64,000 nt of DNA, taken from the NCBI RefSeq assembly GCF_009914755.1, contig NC_060925.1; one strand, written 5' to 3'. The position numbers and the translations under genes were made by a program. Each line of letters begins with the position of its first letter. Within the stretch, counting starts at the first letter, position 1. This DNA is from the human T2T-CHM13v2.0 reference genome, Homo sapiens. Shown here one piece after another: positions 34,326-49,559 of this stretch. The notes under the pieces were generated by a model. That model did not search any database. It saw nothing but the letters and a program-made list of their open reading frames with translations, and was not told the DNA's origin.

Positions 34326-34683
34326 ATCACATCAAGTAATATAGATTCTACTAAAAATATGATACTAACACATCCTTTAAAACTTGAACTCTTTAAAATA
34401 TAAATATGGGACTGTATTTAAGAAATGTGTATGCACCTAATAACCTAGTTTCAAACTACATGAAGCAAAAATTAATAGACTAAAAGGAGAAATAGACAAA
34501 CCCATAATTTTAGTTGAAGATTTCAGCAATGCAACCTACCTCTGTTAATTGATTTTTATAGAGTGTGACACTGAATAACTATGGGATAAACAATTGTTTT
34601 GAATGCACATAGCACTATAGGAGTTTTTCACTGAATCTAAGAAGTTAAAGAAAAAAAGACAAGAAGAATGAGTGGGAAAATAT

Positions 34684-36845
<2,162 letters not shown>

Positions 36846-37597
36846 CTAGTTTATTTTCACAGATTTTTCTCTACTGTTTCAATTTCATTGATTTTTTTCT
36901 CACATCTTTATTGTTTCTTTACTTTTATTTGATTTGGGTTTAATATACTCTTTCTCTAAGGCAGAAGTATAGGTTAATGATTATAGATACAAGCTTTTGT
37001 AATATACACATTAAGTGGTGTATATTTCTGTCTAAACCCTGCTTTAGCTGTATTTCAGAATTTTTGATTTATTGTTTTTATTTTCATTCAGTTCAAAATA
37101 CTTAAAAATTTCCTTTGAGACTTTTTTGCTTCATAAGTTATTTTAAAATGTATTGTTTAATAGCCAATATTTAGGAATATTCTAGATATCTTTCTAATAT
37201 TCTATTATGGCCAAAGAATATGCTCTGCTTGATATTTATTGTTGATGAGAAAGGTGTGTTGCAGTCTCCAACTGTAATTGTGCATTTGTCTATTTTTCCT
37301 TTCAGATCTGTCAGGTTTGGCCTCATGTAATTTGAAGTTCTTTTTCAGGTACAATGTCTTCTTGGAGATGTGATTTATCCTTGTGCAATATTCCTTTTAA
37401 TCCCTGGTGATCTTCCTTCATTCTGAAGTCTATTTTGTCTAAAATTAATATATCCTTTGTCCACTTTTACTATGCAACATATGCATCGTATATCTTTCTC
37501 TCTTCTTTTACTTTCAACTCTCCCCTCTCTTTGTATTTACAGTGGGTTTCTTTTAGACAGTATATAGTTGGATATTGCCTTTTAAAACCCAGTTTGA

Positions 37598-37905
37598 AGG
37601 CTCTAGGGAAGAATACCTTTGTGTCTCTTCCTAACAGCTAGTGGTTCTTGACAATCCCTGTTGTTCCTTGGCTTGTAGCTGCATCACTCCAATCTTTGCC
37701 TCTATTTTTGCATGGCACTCTCATTTGTGTGTGCCTTTATTTGTCCTCTCCTTTTCTTATAATGATGCCACTAATTGTGTTTAGGCCCCACCTTAATCCA
37801 GTATAATCTCATCTTAAATAATTACACCTTCGAAGGCCCTATTTCCAAATAATATCACATTCTGGTTAGACATTAATGCTAGGGGAACACTATTCAACCC
37901 AATAT
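37598..37905 (-). mobile_element. MLT1 (MaLR) LTR fragment
   Basis: TTCCTTGGCTTGTAGCTGCATCACTCCAATCT and GGGGAACACTATTCAACCC. Confidence 0.75.
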
Positions 37906-38403
37906 ATTTATCTTAATTTAATTCATTTCTAACATTCTCCATTTCTTTGTATAGATCCAAGTTTCTGACTTACAGTATATTTCTTATACCTGAAAAACTT
38001 TCATTAACATTTGTTTAGAGTATATTGTTGGCAACGCATTCCTTCAGTTTTTATTTGTCTGAGAGAATCCTTATTTCTCTCAATATTTGAATGATGTCTT
38101 CAGGTTAACAGGTTATTTTTTTCTTTTTTCCCATTTAGCACTTTAAAGAGGTCACACCACTTCATTTAGCAACTGTGTAGTTTGTGATGTGAAGTCTGCT
38201 GTAATTCTTATTTGTGATGCTGTATTGGTTTTTTTTTTTTCTCCTACTACTTGTCTCTTCCTTCTCAAATTCCAACTTTGTATATGTTAGACAGTTTGGT
38301 ACTGTACCATATCTCTTGGATACTCTGGCTTAAAAATTGTTTTTAACTCTTTTTTTCTCCTTGTGTTTGATTTGTGTAATTTCTATTGACCTATTTCCTT
38401 CTT

Positions 38404-39043
38404 CCTTTTGTTTAATTTTTGAGATGAAGTCTCACTCTGTCACTGAGGCTGGAGGGCAGTGGCATGATCTTGGCTCACCACAGCCTCTGCCTCCCAGTTT
38501 CAAGAGATTCTTCTGCCTCAGCCTCCTGAGTAGCTGAGATTATAGGTGTCCACCACTGCATCTAGCTATTTTTTTTTTTTTTGTAATTTTTCATAGAACG
38601 TGGTTTCCTTTTTTTTCTTTTTCTTTTTTTTTTTTTTTTTGAGATGGAGTCTCGCTCTGTCACCCAAGCTGGAGTGCAGTGGCACAATCTAGGCTCACTG
38701 CAGGCTCCCCCTCCTGGGTTCACGCCATTCTCCTGCCTCGGCCTCTTGAGTAGCTGGGACTACAGGCACCCCCCACCACGCCCGGCTAATTTTGTTTTTG
38801 TATTTTTACTAGAGACGTGGTTTCACCGTGTTTGCCAGGATGGTCTTGATCTCCTGACCTTGTGATCCACCTGCCTTGGCCTCCCAAAGTGCTGGGATTA
38901 CAGGCATGAGCCACCATGCCTGGCCTGAGATGGGGGTTTCACCATGTTGGCCTGGCTGGCCTCGAACTCCTGACCTCAAGCGATCCACTCACCTTGGCCT
39001 CCTAAAGTGTTGGGATTACAGGTGTGAGCCACTGCGCCCGGCC
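38404..39043 (-). mobile_element. AluS split by a nested AluY
   Basis: Right arm 38404-38607, left arm 38926-39043. Outer TSD TCT(A/G)TTGACCTATTT at 38382 and 39044. Confidence 0.9.
38608..38925 (-). mobile_element. AluY nested in AluS
   Basis: TTCACGCCATTCTCC and CCAGGATGGTCTTGATCTCC diagnostics, long T tail. Confidence 0.9.
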
Positions 39044-39293
39044 TCTGTTGACCTATTTTCAAGTTCACCAATTCTTTCTTCAGCTGTATCAAGTTTATTG
39101 AAGAGCCTGTTAAATGAATTCTTGATTTTTGTTACCATGTTTTTCATTTATTGCACTTCCATTTGATCTTTTCTTATAGCTTTCACCTCTCTGCTGAAAT
39201 CAACTATGTGATCTTGCAGATTGGTTACTTTTTCCATTAGGGCTTTTAAGCTATTAATCATTATAATTTTAAATTCCTTGTCTGATAGTTTAA

Positions 39294-39560
<267 letters not shown>

Positions 39561-40865
39561 TCTGCCTGGAAGCCAGGCTTTGGTGTAAGAATGAGCAAGA
39601 AGAGTTGCAGAGTCTGCCTGTTGTTGATAGTCCATGTGCCTCAGGTTAAAACAGTTCTGTTTGGTCCCAAAGTGTAGTTTGAGTGCTAAAAACAGATTAA
39701 AATGAAATGGTTTATAGCCAAAGATGTTTTGGAGCTTGGAGAAAATCACTGCAGTATTGGTTCACAGAGAGGAAGCCATGTTTGAAGCACTTTAAAGTCT
39801 ATGTGTGGTGAGGACATGTGAGGATATGGAGTCAATTTGGGCAGGCAGGCTGGATGGTGGAATCATTAATTAAGGCAGGAAATACATGAGATAGAGCAGG
39901 TTTAGCGGGAGGAGATAGTGGATTAGATTCAAATAATGTTGAATGTTAGGTAACTGTGGGATCTCCATGCAGAAATTCCTAATAGGTGGTTCAAAATACA
40001 GGATTTGGTCTCAGGAGACAGGCTAGAACTGCAGATATTAATTTGGGAGTCATCCTGAAGACAACTGTTGCAGCAACAGGTGTACATAAATTCCATCAAG
40101 GAGAATAGATACAGTGAGAGGAGAGGAAGGCTAAGGTGGGAATCTTGTGCTTCTCAATGTTTACAGGAAATGTGGTGAAGAGGTATCCAGGAAGGATTTG
40201 AAAATACCACCCTATCTAGGTCAGCTGTAGGCATTGCTTTTCCTAAGTAATTTCCCTAAATAATAAGCATTTCCCTTATTAGTCTCTTATTAGCAATGAT
40301 TTACAATAAATCAGCACTGGAACTGAGCTGGGAATCTGCATGTACTCCTGGAAATTTCTTATGTGCGTGTTTTATTCTGTTTTCTCTGTTAACTGCATAA
40401 ACTTCGAGTCATTTGAAAATCAGTGACATGGTTTTTTTTAACTCCTCATATCAAAAAGGTAGATATGAAAATCTCTTTTATAGGTAGCTGTCTAGATGTA
40501 TTCACAGGAAGAAATGAAATTCCTCATGGAAGGTGGTTCTGTAAGAGTTTACTTTGGGAAACTGATCCAAACACCACCCAGTCTATGGATATCTAAATTA
40601 GAAAAGTGAATATAAATTTTCAGGGATTTTCTAAAATATGGTTTCTGAGGTTGCACACACTACTTATTATAAACGCCTTGAAATGTGACTTCATATTAGT
40701 TAAAGTCAGTTCCTGAGGAACATATTCATGGGGCATTAAAAAAAATCTCTCTATATATGTCTACCTATAACTTTTTTTCCTTAGTTTGACTGGCTAATCT
40801 AATTTCTTGTGGGCCAGGGGGATAAGATGGGAGAAGTAGTAATGTGAATCTATTTTTTCTTATTC

Positions 40866-41180
40866 TTTCTTTCTTTTTTTTTTTTTTTTCCCAGACAGGG
40901 TTTTGCTCTGTTGGCTCTGTTGCCTGGGCTAGAGTACAGTGGTGCAATCTTGGCTCTCTGCAGCTTCAACCTCCCAGGCTGTCAGTCCTCCCACTTCAGC
41001 CTCCTGAGTGGCTGGGACCACAGGCATGCACCACCACACCTGGCTAATTTTTTGTATTTTTTGCAGAGACGGGATTTGGACATGTTTCCCAGGCCGATCA
41101 CAAACTCCTGGGTTCAAGTGGTCTGCCAACCTCAGCCTCCCAAAGTGTTGGGATTACAGGGTGAGCCACTGTGCCCAGCC
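40866..41180 (-). mobile_element. AluJ
   Basis: Diverged full Alu, TSD TATTTTTTCTTATT. Absent from the paralogous block near 63140. Confidence 0.9.
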
Positions 41181-41207
41181 TTATTTTTTCTTATTACTCA
41201 TCATCCC

Positions 41208-41618
41208 TGATATAGTTTGGATATTTCACCCTCCAGATTTCATGTTGAAATTTGATCCCAGATGTTATAAGTGGGGCCTAGTGGGAGGTTTGGCTCATGG
41301 GGGCAAATCTGTCATGAACAGCTTGGTGCCATCCTTGCAGTAATGAGTGAGTTCTCATTCTATTAGTTCACGTCATGACTGATTGTCAAAAAGCCTGGCA
41401 TCTCCTCCTCTCTCTCGTTCTTTCTCTCTCGCCACTTTACATGCCAGCTCCACTTCCCTTTCTGTCATGATTGGAAGCTTCCTGAGACCCTCACCAGAAG
41501 ATGCTGGTGCCATGCTTCTTGTACAGCCTGCAGAACTGTAAGCCAAATAAAACTCTTTTATTTATGAACTACCCAGCATCAGGTGTTCCTTTACAGCAAT
41601 GCAAAAAGGACTGAGACA
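41208..41618 (+). mobile_element. MST (MaLR) solo LTR, MSTB-like
   Basis: TGATATAGTTTGGAT start, CAGCCTGCAGAACTGTAAGCCAAATAAA, GGACTGAGACA end. 5 bp TSD ATC(C/A)C. Confidence 0.88.
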
Positions 41619-41887
41619 ATCACCACCATCGTCATTAAAATTTATTATTAGCAATCACCACCTATGCATGAAACTTTCTGTAATATAATATACACTTGTC
41701 CCTTAGAATTTAAATTCGTATTCCTAGGAATAGGTAGCCTCATTGTAAACCCTCTCCTGTACAATAATGACTTTATTCTCCATGATCACATGGAGATAGA
41801 TAGATTTCATAGAAAAAAATAATTTGAGGGTGATTTTTCTTAGACTGATTCTGTACCAAAAAATTGGCTTTAAAAGAATCTTGCTTA

Positions 41888-42180
41888 GGCCGGGCGTGGT
41901 GGCTCACGCCTGTAATCCCAGCACTTTGGGAGGCCGAGGAGGGCAGATCACGAGGTCAGGAGTTGGAGACCAGCCTGGACAACATGGTGAAATCCTGTCT
42001 CTACTAAAAATACAAAAATTAGCTGGGCGTGGTGGCACACGCCTGTAATCCTAGCTACTCAGGAGACTGAGGCAGAAGAATTGCTTGAACCTGGCGGGCG
42101 GAGGTTGCAATGAGCCGAGATCACACCACTGCACTCCAGCCTGGGCAACAGGGTAAGGCTCCATCTCAGAAAAAAAAAAA
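41888..42180 (+). mobile_element. AluSg-like
   Basis: GATCACGAGGTCAGGAGTT. TSD AATCTTGCTTA. Confidence 0.95.
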
Positions 42181-43262
42181 TCTTGCTTAATAGTTTCAAA
42201 GTATGTTTTTCTTTAATGATTAAATTGATTTTAGTATAATGCATCCAATCAAAACCCAATGAGTTGCTTTGAAAAGATGCAACATTTTTACATACTTGAA
42301 TTCAAACAGTATTTTTCAAACTGGGTAATGGATAGAAACAAACATTAGATAATGATAGCCAGCACTAGTTAAATTTATATTATGTGCTAACTTTTTACAT
42401 GTATTACATCTAAGCTTTTTACATGTATTAACTTATTTGATTCACATAATAACCTATAAGACAACCTACCACACCCATTTTGGAGATAAATAAACTGAAG
42501 CACAGAGGGTTTAAGTCATATAATAATTATTAATAGTGATACCTGATAATATCTTATATTTGCAAACTGCTCTATAGTCTGGAAAGCCAATGCATTTTTA
42601 TCTTTGATTCTGAGAATTCAAGGCATGTGATTAATATGCCAGTACAGCTTTCATTAAAAATTCCAAATCTCAGGGGCTTCAGGAGCTTAAAGTATTTAAA
42701 TTTCAATAGAAAGTTGGTACTGAAGTTAAGCGTAAATAATTTTAAAATGTAAGTATAAACTCTGGAAAATAAGCATGGGGGTCTTAAAAGAGGAATTTTT
42801 TTTTTTTTTTTGCTTTGGCAATAAATGAAATGTTTTGTTGACTAACCTTAAGGGGTTTATTTCCTCAAAAGAAACAAAATGGGCATAAACTAGAGTAACT
42901 GATGTGCTTTTGAAAGTCCTTACAGCACATCAGGGAAACATCTACTTATATTTAATTTCAATAACACAAAGCAATGATTAAAATTTTTAAATCAAATGTT
43001 CATGTTGCCCAGTAAATTGCTGATCTACTTAAACCACACACACGCACACGTGCATGCATGCTCTCACACACACACTCAGAATACCAGTATGTAGGACAAT
43101 TTCTCTAAAAGAAAACCAAATTATTTCAGGTGCTTGTGGTGAAGTTAATTTATTGCCATGAATATATGGATTATTTTCACCTGGCCTAGATTTATATTTG
43201 TAAGCTCTCCCATAATATGAGTGCCTAGAACCAGATGGCATATTCAGAGGTCATTGTGCAGG

Positions 43263-43365
43263 CCAGTGTGTTCCCAAACTTGAACGTGCATGTAAATAAC
43301 CTGCAGTTCCAGTAAGTTCCCAGGCAACACCAATGCTGCTGACCCAGGGACCACACTTGAGCGAC
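43263..43365. mobile_element. MER5-like hAT-Charlie relic
   Basis: CAGTGTGTTCCCAAACTTGAACGTGCAT and GGGACCACACTTGAG ends. Confidence 0.55.
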
Positions 43366-45873
43366 AAGTGTAAGCTCTTTCCACCTGACAGAGCTACGTT
43401 TACCTCTAAAATTAGTAGGTTAAGTCTTGTCTTAATAATTATTTGTCAAGAAAAATTCTCCATTGCATCTCAGAAATTTATTCTAGCATTTAATATTTCT
43501 TTCATTGCTTTATATCTCACCTGCACTTCTCCTAGTGTAAAGGAAAAAGGAAAGACAAATTGCTACCTCTTATGACATGTAAGTGCCTTCTAGCTATAAA
43601 ATTCTTCAAGCTAAGAAATTCTTACTTTCAGCATTTTCCAATAATCTTTCTTTGGTAGTGGCTAGTTTTCAATTCAAACCAATTTAGTTCCTCCATAGGG
43701 TCTAGTACAGCTCTGTAACAGGTATTATAAAGAGACCCAAAGGGGAGTAAGACCTAATTCCTGTCTTCAGTAAACAAACAATCTAATGGGAAGGTAAACT
43801 ACAATATGAGGCAGAGAGCTTTGTGACATTTTGTTTACTTTTAAAATTATTATTATTTTTTTTTCTTTACTAATCTTTGGTCAGATAGCCCCTGGCTGAA
43901 CACTTGTAGGAATAGAACACTCAGTGCTTGCTCAAAGCCCCCAGTTCCATCTTAAATACACATACCTTGAAGTTACAGTCTGAGCCTTTCAATTCTATAT
44001 GAAAATGTAGCCTGGAGCCTCATGTACAAGCATGCGTTCAATAAATGTTTGATGAATATAGAAGCACGGTAAAGAACGTCTATGGGATTAGAGATATCAA
44101 AAGCTTTTTAAAGACGTAGCACTGTGATGGACCTTAAAGGACTTAAACAGGCAGAAATATGGGGATAATCATTTGAGGTAAAGAGAGCAGAGAAGCAAAG
44201 CCATGGAGGCTGGTGCCCAGGATTGGCTCTTTCCTTCTGAGTTGCTCCAACTTTTGGCCCCCTCCTGTTTGTCTCAAATCACATATTCTTTAAAAATTAT
44301 GAAGGGAGTAACCTAGAGATTTACTTCTGTTAGAGTATGATTTAGGCTTCTGTTTCATTGTTTCCTAAACAAAGATCCAGACTGGTTGACCTCTGAGGTC
44401 CCTTCTATCTCAGCAGCCTATGGCGATGATAAAAAGATGACCTTGTTGTTCTCACCTATTCAGCACTGGACAGCTTCCTGGAAAATATGTGATTAGCCAG
44501 TCAAGGCCACTTCAAAGTAAGGCACTGTGTTTTCCTATCCTCTTGTACATATTACTAATACCAACACTGTTCATCTTATTAAATACTTGTTGAGCATGTG
44601 CTATGTGCCAGCCAGTGTTCATGGATTATCCCATTTATTCTCAAAACAACTAAAAAGTGTAAATACTGTTATTAACCCCATTTTGCAGATAAGAAAACTG
44701 AGACTTTAAGAGTTTCTCCTGGTATTCTGAATTCAGTCACATTTTTGACTAATGAGCAACACCCCCTTTTTATAACAGTGTGTGAATATTCAGTTACATG
44801 CTTACAACTCTACTTACTTGCTTCATTCCAAGAATTTCTCAGTAATCCACTTGGCATATTGAATTGAAATCTCCACCTTTCTACTTAATTGAAGTGTGTA
44901 AATATAAGTATAGAGACCTGATAACTATTCTTTCTTTTTTTTGGTAACATTGCAACTTCTTGTCTCATTAATTGAATTTAGGCTACTTAAGCAAGCATTT
45001 TATAATATATAGAGAGTAATGAGATACCTTTACTGGAGATATTCAAATAGAGGCTGGATTGCTGCATCTCCTGCAAAGAAGATTAACTCATGTCTCAAGT
45101 GAAGATCTTTTGAGTTGATTCTTATAGTCCTTTTTAGCTCCCATTGTTCTGTCAATGTGAAAACATAGCATTTTTATGACCACGAAAATTTCATATTTCA
45201 TTAGATCAGATCAGACCAAGTGCATCAGTCGTCTCTTAGCATTCACCTACCTTGTGGAAATCCACTTTTGGTGTTTATGAACATCTTCCAGGAAGGTAAA
45301 CATTTCGCATGACCAGAAGCCTCCTTGGCTCCAATATTATGTAATATATATGTGTATCCCTTATTTTATGTTATTTATCAAATAGAGATTTTAAAATTTT
45401 TTATTTTGGAACAATTATAGAATCACAGGAAAAGTTAAGGAACTATACGGGGAGTCTTGTACTTACATTTCATTTTTTAAATAAAAACTATATAGGAATT
45501 TTAAATTTCTAAAGTAGCACATGCTCACTGAAAAATTTCACATAAGTGAAAAATACATAAAATGTAAATGGAATGTCTTCCCTTTCACAGAACACTCTGC
45601 TCAGCATCACTGTTCACAGTGTGTTATTTGTGTATGATTGACCAAATAACAGAAACCGGCTTAACAAACAATCCCAGCTTCCTTTCCATCCCTACATAAC
45701 CCTGTGATTGACAGTAATGATAGCCCCAAATATAATGGTGGCTACTGCTTATTAAGTACTTACGAGGTACCAGGAACTGTACTGGGTGCTTTGTACACAC
45801 AGTCCCATGTATGTATCACAACAACCTTATATAGTAGGTGTTGATTAAGATTTGCAAGTAAGGAAACTGATGC

Positions 45874-46830
45874 TTTTTTTTAAAATATACTTTAAGTTCT
45901 AGGGTACATGTGCACAACATGCAGGTTTGTTACATATGTATACATGTGCCATGTTGGTGTGCTGCACCCATTAACTCGTCATTTATGTTAGGTATATCTC
46001 CTAATGCTATCCCTGTCACCCCATGACAGGCCCCAGTGTGTGGTGTTCCCCACCCTGTGTCCAAGTGTTCTCATTGTTCAGTTCCCACCTGTGAGTGAGA
46101 ACATGCGGTGTTTGGTTTTCTGTCCTTGTGATAGTTTGCTCAGAATGATGGTTTCCAGCTTCATCCATGTCCCTACAAAGGACATGAACTCATCCTTTTT
46201 TATGGCTGCATAGTATTCCATGGTGTATATGTGCCACATTTTCTTAATCAGTCTATCATTGATGGACATTTGGGTTGGTTCCAAGTCTTTGCTATTGTGA
46301 ATAGTGCCACAGTAAACATACGTGTGCCTGTGTCTTTATAGCAGCAAGATTTATAATCCTTTGGGTATATACTCAGTAATGGATGGCTGGGTCAAATGTT
46401 ATTTTTAGTTCTAGATCCTTGAGGAATCACCACACTGTCTTTCACAATGGTTGAACTAGTTTACAGTCCCACCAACAGTGTAAAAGTGTTCCTATTTCTC
46501 CACATCCTCTCCAGCACCTGTTGTTTCCTGACTTTTTAATGATGGCCATTCTAACTGGTGTGAGATGGTATCTCACTGTGGTTTTGATTTGCATTTCTCT
46601 GACGGCCAGTGATGATGAGCATTTTTTCATGTGTCTGTTGGCTGCGTAAATGTCTTCTTTTGAGAAGTGTCTGTTCATATTCTTCACCCAGTTTTTGATG
46701 GGGTTGTTTGATTTTTTTCTTGTAAATTTGTTTGAGTTCCTTGTAGATTCTGGATATTAGCCCTTTGTGAGATGGGTAGATTGCAAAAATTTTCTCCCCT
46801 TCTGTAGGTTGCCTGTTCACTCTGATGGTA
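45874..46830 (-). mobile_element. 5'-truncated L1PA (~0.96 kb) inserted in a MIR
   Basis: L1 3'UTR and ORF2 C-terminus. TSD GGAAACTGATGCTT at 45862-45875 and 46832-46845. Confidence 0.95.
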
Positions 46831-49559
46831 GGGAAACTGATGCTTCAAGTTACCTGGCTACTATATTAGGGACTGGGATTTAACCCATGTCCATCTGACT
46901 CTAAAGGCCATACTCTTTCCAATTCCCTGTTCTGCATTCCATAGTTCCATAAAATAAAGAGAGAGAGAAAGGTCCAAATAAGAAAAATACCTACCTCTTT
47001 TCAATCTCCTGAGAATTGGTTCAATCAGCAGCAACAACGAAACAAAACAAGTCAAAACTAAAGTTAATGCTAACACTGATCAAATGAATTTCTTGGAATT
47101 AAAAAAGGATGAAATTATTGACTTATTTTTCTACCAATTATATTTACCCTATCAGTCTCATGATGAGACCATATAGTATTTATTGGGCACATATTTCTCA
47201 ATATCTGTGTCTGCCTGAAACATGACATAGATTTGCATTTTTTAACCTGTGTTAACTTTGACAAGAGGGTAACTCTATGGAGATCTCACAGAAAATTGCA
47301 CTCCTCCCAAGCCTATGCCAGAGGTAGCATAGAGCCACTGGCAAATTCTGAGCCCCCTCTCATGAACACATATGTCAGAGTGGAGAAAGACTGGCCTGCA
47401 ATGCCCTACCTATGAGGTGCCTTAGGTCCTTGACCCTGGTATCACAGAGCCTGATACTCCCAGTGGCATCCAAGCTGAACGGGGACCCAAAGCTTGGGGC
47501 TCAAAGACTGTTCACGAACAACTCAGGTGGAAGTCAGGGGAACAGGAAAGATATAAAATCCAGCAGTTTAGTCAGACCTACAGAGAAAGGTTAAGAAGGG
47601 ACATCTCAGCTGACCTCTGGAGGACATTTCTGTTCAACCGTTCTGGTGCAAACATCTTAGACACCTGAGGAAAAGAACAGCCTGTTGGGGCATAAATGTG
47701 GCGCCATGGCCCTGTAAGAGCAATGGTCCCAATGGAGACCATGTGGCACGTTCTGCTCAGTTCCCAGCCAGAGAGCAGCAATCCTGCTTCTTTCTTTCCC
47801 AATCAGTAATCTCTAAGGCAAATGATTGGGGATGAAATTATTTACAAATAACTTTAAATGTATATTTATAATAAAAAGAATCACAGGTAAAGTAAATCAT
47901 TCGCAAGCTTCAAGCCTTTATTATAGTCAATAAATTGCTTGCAACACACCTCTCCCAAACATCAATGTGTTGCCACATAAAGATGAGAACCCCTGGTTAG
48001 CGAATAAATGTTTCCAAATATATGTTTTGTATGAATTTAATCAAATTTCTTTAAACAATTATTTTGTCTGCACCTATTGTTGTACTGTAATGTGTAATAG
48101 TGGAAATATATCCCTATGCTTTCTCCCAAAAAATTATTCCTTTCTGTCCTGCTTGTCAAAAACAGAATACTAATACTTTGCATTTTGTATTATGTCATAA
48201 AAATTTTTTCACTTATATTATCTCACTTAAATAACTCAGGCATTCCTTAGGTTCTGGAGTGGATAATTTCTAAAGTAAGTTCTACTCTAATTCTATAAGT
48301 TGTACTGTTGAAATTTATACACACAGAAAAGATGTTAAAAATACGTCATTACATAAATGTTACCAAAATGGTAATAAAAATATGCACAATATACAGTATG
48401 TTATTAAGCGGTAGGTATATCCTGACATTGGGCAGTTTTTCTCAATTGTGATGATAAATAACCTACGTACCACTGAGTCTCACTGAAAGGCTTGGATTTC
48501 TGGCTTTGGGGGTGGGGCTTGTACTCCCCACACTACTATGGAAAGAATACTCTTTGGTACAACTGGCTATTGAACTCCATGCATCATGAGGGGGACCTGC
48601 CACTCCAGGAGCTGCCTGCAGCGTAGTCATTGCCTAACACAGGAACCAAAAATCCTCTTTGATCACTCTATGATTCCTTCTTCTAGGATGGCCATGTATA
48701 AGTGCCTGTGGACTGTCCTTTGGGGACTATCCATCTAATCTCTCTCTAAGTAGATGTTCTGGGACTCCTCCAAGTACAAACACAACTCAAGGGCAGCAGC
48801 TTGATTAGAAAGTGTAGAAATGAAGAGCAATTAGTTCTCTCTTGGAATCATTAAGGTCATGGCAGTCATCTTTTCCCAGCATGCAATGAAGAGGTCAGCT
48901 TTTTAGCTCTTTGGAGACACTCTGAATGGAATTTGGTACTGGATTTGTTGTCAGGAGTTGTGGTGGCTAAAGCCTGAAAGACAGCCTTGTCCTCCTCCTC
49001 GTTAGTGAGTGAAGGGGTATGCATGGATGTGGGCTTATTTGGTTGGATTTTACAACACATGAGGGAGTGTTTTCTGTTTGTTCTGGTGGCCACGGCCATG
49101 GGCTTTGCTTGGACCTAGCCTCTTCATGCCACATGCCCCACCAGAGGGATGTGTATCTGGAGCCATGGTACTACAGCACGTCTGCTGTCTCAGCTTCAAG
49201 CAGCTCCTAGTTAGGGCTGCCCCCTGCATGCAGTGCTTCCCTTATTTCCCACCAGCACCCCTTAGACCTTTGTGGCCCCTGATTTCTGGTCCTGCCATTG
49301 CTCATAACCTGGTGATGGCACTGCTTGCTGTGGAGTTCTGAAGGGGAAAAAGGCAGAGCCATCAAATAGCTCTGTAGGGCCTAGATATGGAGAAGGTATA
49401 AGTCTGAAAATTTTGCAGTATTTTCCTGCACCGAATTAAGATAAAAACATTAGACAGTGTTAAGAGTTAAGTCACTAAAGCTCAAAAATCCCATAGCAAC
49501 GGGTTTTCCCATGTGTGAAGAAGTAGCACAGAAATGGAGGTTCTTAAAACCCTTAGGGT

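Larger units (their letters stand above)
39568..43110. repeat. Ancient paralogous block (unit 2), homologous to 61413-64000 and ~18290-23165
   Basis: Colinear unique-sequence matches, e.g. 40620 vs 62940 (GGGATTTT.TAAAATATGGTTTCTGA.G.TGCACACAC) and ~42650 vs ~20280 (ATTAAAAATTCCAAATCTCAG). Confidence 0.9.

Noticed and set aside
49040-49340. Missing 3' half of the OR pseudogene, or a plus-strand OR (ECFLFVLVATAMG)
   Set aside because: No KAFSTC, SH or PMLNP motifs found on either strand, and the ECFL resemblance has no MAYDRY continuation.
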